Assembly (NCBI GenBank): GCA_944323485.1
Contig: CALUSR010000002.1
Coordinates: forward strand, 68,048-132,047
Direction of reading: 5' to 3'
Origin: Candidatus Gastranaerophilales bacterium
GTDB lineage: Bacteria > Cyanobacteriota > Vampirovibrionia > Gastranaerophilales > CAJFVJ01
DNA: 64,000 bases
The notes beneath the pieces are model-generated. The model saw only the letters and a program-made list of their open reading frames with translations, was not told the DNA's origin and ran no database searches. Position numbers and translations under genes: made by a program. Of the stretch, positions 8,980-18,323 are shown piece by piece (within the stretch, counting starts at the first letter, position 1; the number at the start of each line of letters is the position of its first letter).

Positions 8980-10340
8980 TGATAATACTCATCTTCTAGT
9001 TTCTTTAGTTCCATTTTGTATTTCACATATTTTTCTAAATGAAATTTTTTCTTCCCAAAAGATAACTTCCACATGATTTTGTGAAAATACTTTTTGAACA
9101 TCAGCTCTCTTGGGGAATAAAAGATAAAATCATCCTGCGTATTATTTTGGAAAAGAGAATTCAACACTAAAAACTCTTCTTCAGATAAGTGATTAATCTT
9201 TGAAAACACTAACCTAATATAAGTCAAAAAATCTTCTTTATCAGGTCCAAACACATCGGGCATTTTCATATTATTATCTTTAGCATAGTTAATCAAATTT
9301 TTGTTCACACAGAACAAAAACGGACCTTTGCCAATATGCACGGGATACAATGTTCTATAAGCATCAATATATGTTACATCAAGATTTTTCACATCATCAA
9401 CCAAAAACTGCAGCAGATTTGGAAGACAAATTTTATTTATAAACGTTGCTTTTATCCCATCTTTTGCAAAAAGAAGATTATGTGGCAGCGTAGATACTGC
9501 ACACACGACATGTTCTGCATTCTGCATAAGATGAATTTGTTCAACTGCCGTATACTTTTCCGGAGATATTGAAACAAAACCGTTTTTGTTAAAAAAACTT
9601 TCAATTTTATCTTCGCCTATATCTCTATCGGTAAAAACCCAGTTTTTACGGGAAAGATAGATTTTCTTGTGAGTTTTTATTTTGAGAGGCTTCTCCATCG
9701 CTTTTTGGATAATGTGATTTATCAAAAACTTATACTCTTGTGTATAAAAAATGCCTGCCTCAGAGCAGGTATCAGCAACTATCACTGATTTGAACTTTGT
9801 CGGCTTGCGCAAAAATACGACCTGTTCTCGCTTGAGTCCGATTAACTCAAGAATTTCAAGATAGCTTCCATCTATCTCATAATCATCAACAGGCTGAAGA
9901 AAAACAACCTTTATATCTTTATATTCCTCAGGATTTTTCGCTATCGGATAAAGACGGCAGATGCACTCAAGCAAAAAATGTCCCCACTGCCTTGTACACC
10001 AGCCACCATAAAAGACAGTGTCATCTAAATAGTCACATTCTTCAAATTCATACGTTCCATACATTCTATAACCAGAAGATAAATATCCTGAATTGAACAC
10101 ACCTCCTAGTAAAGCATGAATAGCTGAAGAAGGGATATACTCATTTTTTTTATCAAGAAGTCCCCCACAAAAAGTAAATTTCTTATCTTCATTTAAAAAT
10201 AGTGATGGAAGACAGGTTGCATCATCATATGTTCTTATTTCCAGTTTTCTATCGGAGAAATATTCCTGTTGTTCTGCAAAATCAAGTATTTTCGATGAAC
10301 ACTCATCCCCGAACAGATACTTTCTGTTAATCTTTTTCAT
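8976..10340 (-). CDS. GT61/DUF563-family glycosyltransferase
   Basis: 454 aa. The QWGHFLLECICRLYP block is typical of DUF563. SD AAGGTG lies upstream of the ATG. Tandem paralogue of 10360..11691; both start MKKINRKYLF. Confidence 0.65.
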   Translation of the reverse strand: MKKINRKYLFGDECSSKILDFAEQQEYFSDRKLEIRTYDDATCLPSLFLNEDKKFTFCGGLLDKKNEYIPSSAIHALLGGVFNSGYLSSGYRMYGTYEFEECDYLDDTVFYGGWCTRQWGHFLLECICRLYPIAKNPEEYKDIKVVFLQPVDDYEIDGSYLEILELIGLKREQVVFLRKPTKFKSVIVADTCSEAGIFYTQEYKFLINHIIQKAMEKPLKIKTHKKIYLSRKNWVFTDRDIGEDKIESFFNKNGFVSISPEKYTAVEQIHLMQNAEHVVCAVSTLPHNLLFAKDGIKATFINKICLPNLLQFLVDDVKNLDVTYIDAYRTLYPVHIGKGPFLFCVNKNLINYAKDNNMKMPDVFGPDKEDFLTYIRLVFSKINHLSEEEFLVLNSLFQNNTQDDFIFYSPRELMFKKYFHKIMWKLSFGKKKFHLEKYVKYKMELKKLEDEYYQ

Positions 10341-10359
10341 ATCAACACCTTTGAAAATA

Positions 10360-11691
10360 TTAAAACATCACTTTTTTATATTCTTTTAACCTATTTTTAT
10401 ATTCAATATATCTATTATAAAAATATTTATTTTTACCCTTTATAATCATCGACAAAACTTTATAAAAATATTTTTTAATAAAAAGCTCTCTTTTTGAATA
10501 AAAATGAAATCTGGTTCTCATTATTTTATACAAATTTCGCAATTCATATAAATCTCTATCAGACAAATTATCTATTTTTTCAAAACATAAATCTAAATAT
10601 TTTATGATATCATCTTTCCTTGCTTCTCGTTTAGGGAGTTTCATCCCGTTATCTTTTGCATAGTTTATCAAATTTTCGTTCACATCAAACAAAAAAGGTC
10701 CGATACCGCAATCAGCAGAAAACAATGCTAAATATCCATCAATATATGTTGCATCTATATTTTTAAAATCATCAATTTGAAACTGAGAGGAATTGTATCT
10801 TGGCATTTTATTTATAATCGCAGATTTTATCCCGTCACGAGCAAATAGAAGATTGTGAGGAAGAGTACAAATGGCACTTGCAACATGGTCTGCCCCCTGT
10901 AAAATATGAATTTGTTCCACAAGTGAGTGTTTTTCCATCGATACAGATTTGAAACCGTTTTTGTTAAAAAATCTTTCAATCTTATCTTCACCAATATCCC
11001 TATCATAAGATAATGCCCAATTTTTTCTCGAAAGATATATTTTTTTATGTGTTTTTATTTTGACCGGTTTCCCCATCGCTTTTTCAACAATATGATTGAT
11101 TATAGTTTCATATTCTTTTGTCCAAAAAATATTCGTATTTAATGATGGTTCAGGAACAATAATTTTCTTATACCTCGTTGGTTCTCGAAGAATAACGATT
11201 TGCTCCTCCATTATTCCTATCAAGTTCAACAGTTCAAGAAACGTCCCGTTTATCTCATCATTTTCTCTCATTGGGAGAAAGATTATTTTCATATCTTTAT
11301 ATTTTTCAGGATTTTGAATAATCGGATAAAATCTTGATATACACTCAAGCAAAAAATGCCCCCATTGTTGAACATAAAAACCGCTGAAAAAAACCGTTTC
11401 ATCAGAATATTTTACTTTTTCCGAATCATATTGATAACTTCCATACATTCGATAAATATTAAAATTAATGGTTGCAGTTTCCTCAACATAGTTGTTCTGC
11501 TCATCAACACCACCGCCAATACACATTGGAACAGTACGCCAGGACTTAAATTTCGGAGGAAGAAGAGTTATATTATCAAAAGTTTTTATCGACAGCACTT
11601 GATTACTAAAGAAATTTCGCTCTTCTGCTGTCTTCAAGATTGTTTCAGAATCTTCATTCGCAAAAAGATACTTTCTGTTAATCTTTTTCAT
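10360..11691 (-). CDS. GT61/DUF563-family glycosyltransferase, paralogue
   Basis: 443 aa with the QWGHFLLECISRFYP block. Long collinear similarity to 8976..10340 at both protein and DNA level. SD AGGTG. Confidence 0.65.
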   Translation of the reverse strand: MKKINRKYLFANEDSETILKTAEERNFFSNQVLSIKTFDNITLLPPKFKSWRTVPMCIGGGVDEQNNYVEETATINFNIYRMYGSYQYDSEKVKYSDETVFFSGFYVQQWGHFLLECISRFYPIIQNPEKYKDMKIIFLPMRENDEINGTFLELLNLIGIMEEQIVILREPTRYKKIIVPEPSLNTNIFWTKEYETIINHIVEKAMGKPVKIKTHKKIYLSRKNWALSYDRDIGEDKIERFFNKNGFKSVSMEKHSLVEQIHILQGADHVASAICTLPHNLLFARDGIKSAIINKMPRYNSSQFQIDDFKNIDATYIDGYLALFSADCGIGPFLFDVNENLINYAKDNGMKLPKREARKDDIIKYLDLCFEKIDNLSDRDLYELRNLYKIMRTRFHFYSKRELFIKKYFYKVLSMIIKGKNKYFYNRYIEYKNRLKEYKKVMF

Positions 11692-11762
11692 GAAATAAAC
11701 ACCTATAGAGAAAAAATTTTTTATAATATAATTAAAATTGTAATATAAAAAAGAAAATAATT

Positions 11763-12857
11763 ATGGCAAAAATTTGTAAAAATCCTTTCAAAATTCTGGA
11801 AATTACTCCGGATGGCGAAATTTATCCTTGCTGTCCTGCATATTGCAGAGAATATTCTTTTGGAAATATATATAAAAGCTCTTTTGATGAGGTTTGGAAT
11901 TCGCAAGAAGCACAAAAATTCAGAGAAAAATTACTCAACAACGATTATTCTCTCTGTCAAAGAGATATCTGTTTCCCAAGTTTTTCTGAAACGGATGCTT
12001 CATACAAAACAGTAATGGACTACCCTGAGCATGTTATTTTCTCTCATGATTTGGAATGCAATGCAAGCTGCATAACCTGCAGGGATAATATATGCAGAAA
12101 TTCTTAAGAACAGCTCGAAATACTGAATAAAAGAATTGATACAGTCTATCTTCCTCTTTTGAAAAATGCAAAAATGGTAAAACTCCTCGGTTCAGGAGAC
12201 CCTTTTGCCTCACGTCACTCACAAAAGCTGATAGAAGCCATAACAAAAACTTATCCTCAAATAAGATTTGATATACATACAAACGGCGTTTTATGTTCAA
12301 AAGAAATGTTAGAAAAGTTAAACTTGACCGACAAATTGGAAATAGTCAGTATATCAATGCATGCAGCAACAAGAAAAACTTATGACAAAATAATGAAAAA
12401 CAGCAACTATGATAGAGTTCTTGAAAACATAAAATACTTATCAACATTGAAAAAATCCGGAAAACTTAAAAAGTTAAATTTATATTTTGTCGTATCTTTA
12501 ATCAATTACAAAGAAATGAAAGATTTTGTAAAATTTGCTGAAAAATATGACGCAGATGTAACATTTTGGGAGTATAGAGATTGGGGTACATCTCTCGGGC
12601 TTGACTATGACAATCTTGCTGTTTATAATCCGCTGCATCCGAAATACAACGAGCTTGCAGACATCCTTCAGGATGATATATTCAAAAGCCAGAGATGTCA
12701 TATGAACAACTTGTTTAAATCCATAAAACCTATAAAACGCAATAAACTTGAACTTGCAAAATACTTTTTGAAAAGCAATATCTACAGAAAAAGATACAAA
12801 AATAAAAGAGTTTTGAAATTCTTCGGCTTAAAATTCTCTTATAAGAAAAAATCCTGA
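11763..12857 (+). pseudogene. radical SAM enzyme with N-terminal SPASM-like Cys-rich domain, interrupted by one in-frame TAA (12105-12107)
   Basis: Track ORFs 11763..12107 and 12159..12857 are in the same frame, separated only by a TAA. Read through, the sequence is ...ECNASCITCRDNICRNS*EQLEILNKRIDTVYLPLLKNAKMVKLLGSGDPFA... This gives CX3CX2C followed at the normal distance by the GGE-like GSGDPF block. Confidence 0.7.
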
Positions 12858-12898
12858 AAACATAACGAAACCGATAAAGTTGCAAAAAAATTTCAAAT

Positions 12899-14023
12899 TC
12901 ACATCTCTTTTTTCCTAAATTTAAGTTTAAGCCCAACAAATCTCAATACTTTATGATTTCCATCATTCTTTACTGAGAATAATGACTGTATACAACTTTT
13001 CATAACAAATTTTCCCCCATACTCTTTGTTGCTCTCTTTCAACTTTGTGCTCAAGAATGCTTTCATCCTCGGAGTCAGCCACTCACTGCCGTCTTTTTCC
13101 ACTCTGTTTCTCATCTCGGCATAAAAAGGCGCCTTATGCTCAGGGATTGCTCCAAAAGTCAAAAAAGCATGCGCATTGTAACAATGCGACTCGGGGCATT
13201 TATGCCCTACAGGTCGAAAATGTATCGGAGAGTCGATATCCTCAAAAACATTCTGCAAAACTTCACCGCAATAACACTGTCTCAAATCCCCTGTTGCAAG
13301 ATCAAGCGTGCATGTCCAATCACCTGCGTAGCAAAACTCCCTGCGTTTTTGATTGAATACCGAGAGTTTATACTCAAACATCTTTGAATCAAACTGCGAC
13401 CAGATTTTTTTGTATTCTTCCCTTGAATAATTCGTCAAAATAGGCAGCTCATATTTTGTGTTATCTCTTGCAACGGTGACATGGCAGAGCGCACCAACCT
13501 GCTCAAGGCAAATTTTCTTCATCTCTTCTATTTCGGGGATGACCTCATCACTCGGTGTAAGCTCTAAAGAGAAGGAACATCCAGCCTCACGAACTTTTCT
13601 GATGTTATCAAAAAATTTTTCCATCATCTTGAGCCTTTTCAACTCAAGATACTGAAATGAAAATTTGAATAAAAGCCTCTCAAGCAGCTCTTTTGGCAGC
13701 TGAACAATCTCATCAAAACGTTTTGATACAGTACCGTTTGTGACAACCATAACATAATGCCCCTCTTCGAGAAAACATCTTATTATATCAGTCATCTCCG
13801 GGGGAAGGAGAGTTTCCCCGTTCCCGCATAAGTTCAAACAGCAAATACCCCCTAGCCTTTCCTTACTCAATGCCTTTGCCATATGCTCAGGCGTATATTT
13901 AAACACAGGTAACGCATCAGAAAATTTTCGCTGCTGCGTAATATAGCAGTAATGGCATCTCAAATTGCATGTTGTAACAGGAACATTGCAGTCTATAAAA
14001 CGTTTTATTTTCTCTTCTTGCAT
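12899..14023 (-). CDS. radical SAM enzyme with C-terminal Cys-rich (SPASM-like) region
   Basis: CNLRCHYC motif, plus CGNGETLL, then the C-terminal CYAGDWTC...CYC...CPESHC. I prefer the ATG at 14023 (GGTG SD, 2 nt after the upstream TGA) over the TTG at 14035. Ends with the LFSVKNDGNHKVLRFVGLKLKFRKK tag. Confidence 0.8.
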   Translation of the reverse strand: MQEEKIKRFIDCNVPVTTCNLRCHYCYITQQRKFSDALPVFKYTPEHMAKALSKERLGGICCLNLCGNGETLLPPEMTDIIRCFLEEGHYVMVVTNGTVSKRFDEIVQLPKELLERLLFKFSFQYLELKRLKMMEKFFDNIRKVREAGCSFSLELTPSDEVIPEIEEMKKICLEQVGALCHVTVARDNTKYELPILTNYSREEYKKIWSQFDSKMFEYKLSVFNQKRREFCYAGDWTCTLDLATGDLRQCYCGEVLQNVFEDIDSPIHFRPVGHKCPESHCYNAHAFLTFGAIPEHKAPFYAEMRNRVEKDGSEWLTPRMKAFLSTKLKESNKEYGGKFVMKSCIQSLFSVKNDGNHKVLRFVGLKLKFRKKEM

Positions 14024-14025
14024 AA

Positions 14026-16302
14026 TCAGCACCAAATTGTATTGTATAGTTTGCCGGTATCTTTTGTTGATGAGAGATATTCTTTCAAAAATTCTTCATA
14101 TGATAACATATCACAATATCTGACATCTGATGATGTAATACTATCACAAACAGAATTCAACTCTGATTTTATCTCATCAGGGGAGTTTAAAATTTTTACA
14201 TTCTCAAAAAACTTGAGCGATTGCTCAAAAATCCCTGATACTTTCCCATAGCTGTTATCAAATAGAAAAACCTTTTTCCCGAGAAGCGTAGCAACAAGCC
14301 CTACATGCAAGCGGTCAGTCACAACAACTTCGACTGAGTCTATTGCCTGCATAAAAAGCTTTGATAATATACGCACAACGCCTGAATCGGTACATGAGCT
14401 GCAAGCAAACAAAGATAAGTCTATCGCAGGGACATAAAGTTCCGATATTGATTTTTCCTCATCGCCCCTCATGAAATAGCCGACTTTCTTACCCTTTTGT
14501 TCAACAGTTTTCAACTTGAGCTCGTCAACAACCCGCCTGAAAAGAGATTTATATATTTGATACAATTCTTTGTATAAAAACATAAGATTTTCATCAGATA
14601 TATCTTCAAGATTTTTCTTGAGAAGATTTTTATCAAAACTGTTTTGTCTATATCTGCTCAAATCCAAACTGAATGCCATATCATCAGTAAGGAAGAATTT
14701 TGCTCTTGAGTTTTTCGAGATGCAGTAGTCAAAGCTGCGTTTTTCTCTGCAAAAAACAATAAATCTCTCATCAAGAACATCAAGCAGGTCATCACATTCA
14801 TAGAAGCTTGAGGGTAAGATTACGGCTTTTCTCAAATTTTGTTTCTCAAAAATTTCTTTCACCTGTTGATAATTCCAGTATTTAACAAACAGCCCGCCGC
14901 CCCCATAGACAAGGTCAAACGGCTTGTCATCGATATCATTTGGAGAATTGTAAGCATCATATATACGATAAGAGAATTTATTATCCTCAAGCATCTGATA
15001 CTCTGATTCTGCAATAACAACATCCCCGAGGTTTCCGTTGTTCGGATAGAAAAAGAAATCATCAAGTTCTTTGAGAGAATTCAAAATGCGCTCATCGAGA
15101 GGTCTTTTTATGTCTTTCAAGAATGTTGTTTCTTTCTCAAAAGATTTGTATATGCTTTTCTTTGAGGCAAAAATGTTATCCAAAAGAAGAGAGATAAAGT
15201 CTTTTTTTTGCTCTTCAAGAGTTTTTTTCAGCAATGATTTACGTCTTTTGAAAGACAACTTTATGCCAAGAAGGCGGACAATCTTTTTATCTTCCGTTTT
15301 TGCTACAGAGAAAATATTGAGAAAAGGTTTCTTTTCATTAAAATAGTCAAGTTCAAGATAATCCTTCAACTTCCAATATTTTCGTTTTCGAACAATATTA
15401 ACAACTTCATTATTATTCCAATAATCACCGAGAGAAATTTTATGCACCAAATCTGCAGCATAATTTAAAACAAGTCTTTTATCATTATCAGAAGCATCTC
15501 TATAATTATCATTCAGAGCAAGACGAAACATCTTTGTCAGCACAACTTCATTTTTGACCAACAAACCATTTTTTTCAAAAAAATCATATACCAGCTCAAA
15601 ATTTTTCAGCGTATCAAACAGATGATTGGGCGTTTTCCCAGAAACTGAATGCATAATAGAATTTTTTCTTTTCCTGTAGAAATACAAATATTCATTCAAA
15701 AAATATGTTTTTGGGGCAAGTGCCATATATTTTGTGTAGAAAGAAAAATCTTCATGTATAATCCCTTCAGGAAAGTCTATTTTATATTTCTCAATAATTG
15801 ACCTTCTCCAGAGTTTATTCCAGACAGTAAAGGTATGTTTGAAGAAACTATCCCCATCAAGAGTTGTTTTTCCTGAAAATTTTACCCGATGCCAGTTTTT
15901 CTCTCCATCAAAATCACACTCAACACCTTCTTCACAAACAAGAGCAGCATACCAGCAGACGGAATCAACACCTTCAGAAAAATGCCTGATTGCTTTTTCA
16001 TAAGTTTCTAAATCTATCCAATCATCACTGTCAACAAATGAAACAAACTCACCCGTCGCATTTTTCACCCCTGTATTTCTCGCAGCAGATAACCCGCCGT
16101 TTTGTCTTGTGATGATTTTTATTCGAGAATCTTTTTTGGCATACTCTTCTAATATCATTGGAGAACTATCAGTTGAGCCGTCGTCAACACAGATTATTTC
16201 AAGATTTTGATATGTCTGATTGATTATACTATCGAGGCATTTTGATAGATATTTTTCCACATTGTATACCGGAACTATTACAGATATCATCGAATTATTC
16301 AC
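14026..16302 (-). CDS. bifunctional GT2 glycosyltransferase / polysaccharide pyruvyl transferase
   Basis: 758 aa. N-terminal GT2 blocks: ISVIVPVYNVEKYL..CLDSIINQTY.NLEIICVDDGSTD and SFVDSDD. C-terminal PS_pyruv_trans-like blocks: NNGNLGDVVI, YGGGGLF and VVTDRLHVGLVATLLGKKVFLFDNSYGK. GTG start overlaps the upstream TGA, with a GAGGG SD. Confidence 0.8.
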   Translation of the reverse strand: MNNSMISVIVPVYNVEKYLSKCLDSIINQTYQNLEIICVDDGSTDSSPMILEEYAKKDSRIKIITRQNGGLSAARNTGVKNATGEFVSFVDSDDWIDLETYEKAIRHFSEGVDSVCWYAALVCEEGVECDFDGEKNWHRVKFSGKTTLDGDSFFKHTFTVWNKLWRRSIIEKYKIDFPEGIIHEDFSFYTKYMALAPKTYFLNEYLYFYRKRKNSIMHSVSGKTPNHLFDTLKNFELVYDFFEKNGLLVKNEVVLTKMFRLALNDNYRDASDNDKRLVLNYAADLVHKISLGDYWNNNEVVNIVRKRKYWKLKDYLELDYFNEKKPFLNIFSVAKTEDKKIVRLLGIKLSFKRRKSLLKKTLEEQKKDFISLLLDNIFASKKSIYKSFEKETTFLKDIKRPLDERILNSLKELDDFFFYPNNGNLGDVVIAESEYQMLEDNKFSYRIYDAYNSPNDIDDKPFDLVYGGGGLFVKYWNYQQVKEIFEKQNLRKAVILPSSFYECDDLLDVLDERFIVFCREKRSFDYCISKNSRAKFFLTDDMAFSLDLSRYRQNSFDKNLLKKNLEDISDENLMFLYKELYQIYKSLFRRVVDELKLKTVEQKGKKVGYFMRGDEEKSISELYVPAIDLSLFACSSCTDSGVVRILSKLFMQAIDSVEVVVTDRLHVGLVATLLGKKVFLFDNSYGKVSGIFEQSLKFFENVKILNSPDEIKSELNSVCDSITSSDVRYCDMLSYEEFLKEYLSSTKDTGKLYNTIWC

Positions 16303-18323
16303 TTAAGCAGCCCTCGCAAATTTTCTAAAGATTTTTTGTATATATCAGATGCAAGCTCTTTCAGCTTTGTTTGTTTCTTTTCATATTCTTCTTTTGACAT
16401 ATTGATGGCATCAGCCATAGCTTGAGGTAAATCAGAATTTTGCTCATATACAATACTGTTTTCAGAATCAAATCCATGTACTCCTGCGAATTTTTTGTTT
16501 ATTAAACATGGCTTTGCAAACCCGTAAATAAGCTGAAAAGAACCTGATGTCCCGTCTTTGATGTATCTGTCATGGTCAGGATTTTCAGGATCCAAAAGAG
16601 GGAGGAAGAAATCTGCATTGTTCACCTCTGAATACAGTGTCGGATAATCAACTCTGCCCTTTATTTCAAAAAGCGGACGGATTTTTTCCGGAATATCATC
16701 CATCTCTCCTCGTCCTATAACAACAATTCGAAAATTTGCATTGCTATTATCTACAAGAAAAGTTAGTGCATCAAAAAGAATTTTCACATTTCGTCTTTCA
16801 GGTTCAAGAGCTCCTGCCAGAATAAAAACAGGAATATCGTTCTTTGGTGTTATTTTGAAATCTCCGAAATAATGAGGATTTGCAAAAACATAGTCAACAT
16901 CTTCAACATCGAGTTTATAATCAGGCAAAATAACACATTTCTTGCCTCCGTACGCCTCTTGATTTTTTCGCATAATATCAATATGATGCTCCGTGAGAAT
17001 AATCTTTGAGTTTTTTATATGATGAGGTTTTATTACATCAAGCACATTATGCCAATTTGCACCATAGATAACAGTCGATGTAAAAAACACATAGTCATAT
17101 TTGTTGATAAGCCTATTTTGCAAAATATGAACAATAGTATCAAAATTGCAGGAAAATATGCCTGATATATTCAAATTGTTTGCAGACTCAGCCAAAGGAA
17201 ACTCTGAAGCTTCGTTGCTCAACATCAAAAAATCAACACCGTATCCTAAATCATTTACATATTTCACAAACCCCGGGAATACCTCGCCATGAGAATCATT
17301 CAGTTCAACAAAAAGTATTGTCTGCGGTTCTATTTTCCTTTTGAAAAAAGCTTTGCAAAACTGCTCATCCGTTTTCTTAATCTTTCTTGCAAATTTAATC
17401 CCAAACGCCGTTATTGTTTGTCTTTTAGCAAAATTTGTATATTCTGTAGTAACCGAAAACAACCTGTCAGATATGGATATTTGATACAAGCGTTTTAATA
17501 AAATATCAACGGAAGCCATATAAGCTTTATCTTCTTCAAATTCTTCGGGGATTAATGACTTTTTCACAAAATTTCTGACGGAACTTCTTTGTTGTTGACC
17601 GAATTTGTTTTCCTCGCAAAAGTCAACTATTTTCTTTATCATCTCAAGCGAATTATTTTTCAGAACGGACTCATCTCTTTGCGTATCGGTGGTCGAACCG
17701 CTGTGTTTTATATAATAATAACAGCCGCTGTTTATAAAAATGACCTTATCTGAAAAGAACAGTGCTTTTATCAAAAATAAATTATCTTCATAAAATATTC
17801 CTTCCGGAAAACGAATATTATATTTTTCGAGGAAAGAACGTCTGAACAGCTTGTTACAGCACATACCGTTCAATACTCTTGGCAATTTTTTCTCAAACAG
17901 GCTCTCCAACGAACAGTCCAAATCATATCGAACCATAGTTGACCCCTTCTCAATTATATTATAAGAAGTGATTGAGATATCAGCATTATTTTCACAGGCC
18001 GCCTCATAAAGACTCTTCAAAAAATCCGAAGAAATATAATCATCACTGTCAACAAAAGAAATAAACTCTCCCATTGCAAGAGAAAGAGCTCTATTTCTGG
18101 CAACTGATTGACCTGCGTTTTTTTGAGATAAAACTTTTATTCTGGAATCCCTTGAAGCATACTCATTCAGTATCCTTAAACTACCGTCCGAAGACCCATC
18201 ATCAACACATATAATTTCAAAATCCTGAAAAGATTGCGCAAAAAGCGAAGAAAAACATTTTTTCAAATATTTTTCAGTATTATATACAGGAATAATAACA
18301 CTTATCTTCGGAGCCTCACCCAT
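16299..18323 (-). CDS. two-domain glycosyltransferase (GT2 + GT4/GT1-like C-terminal domain)
   Basis: N-terminal PKISVIIPVYNTEKYL...EIICVDDGSSD and SFVDSDD. The C-terminal half (VFILAGALEPERRNVKILFDAL...IVVIGRG) looks like a GT-B Rossmann half. The ATG at 18323 forms a TGATG overlap with the upstream gene and has an AAGGAAAGGA SD. Alternative ATG at 18350. Confidence 0.75.
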   Translation of the reverse strand: MGEAPKISVIIPVYNTEKYLKKCFSSLFAQSFQDFEIICVDDGSSDGSLRILNEYASRDSRIKVLSQKNAGQSVARNRALSLAMGEFISFVDSDDYISSDFLKSLYEAACENNADISITSYNIIEKGSTMVRYDLDCSLESLFEKKLPRVLNGMCCNKLFRRSFLEKYNIRFPEGIFYEDNLFLIKALFFSDKVIFINSGCYYYIKHSGSTTDTQRDESVLKNNSLEMIKKIVDFCEENKFGQQQRSSVRNFVKKSLIPEEFEEDKAYMASVDILLKRLYQISISDRLFSVTTEYTNFAKRQTITAFGIKFARKIKKTDEQFCKAFFKRKIEPQTILFVELNDSHGEVFPGFVKYVNDLGYGVDFLMLSNEASEFPLAESANNLNISGIFSCNFDTIVHILQNRLINKYDYVFFTSTVIYGANWHNVLDVIKPHHIKNSKIILTEHHIDIMRKNQEAYGGKKCVILPDYKLDVEDVDYVFANPHYFGDFKITPKNDIPVFILAGALEPERRNVKILFDALTFLVDNSNANFRIVVIGRGEMDDIPEKIRPLFEIKGRVDYPTLYSEVNNADFFLPLLDPENPDHDRYIKDGTSGSFQLIYGFAKPCLINKKFAGVHGFDSENSIVYEQNSDLPQAMADAINMSKEEYEKKQTKLKELASDIYKKSLENLRGLLK

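Noticed and set aside
12105-12107. Genome-wide reassignment of TAA as a sense codon.
   Set aside because: Many well-conserved genes in the window terminate at their expected length on TAA (e.g. recN, trmFO, the 890-aa gene). No other in-frame TAA interruptions were seen, so this is a local event.
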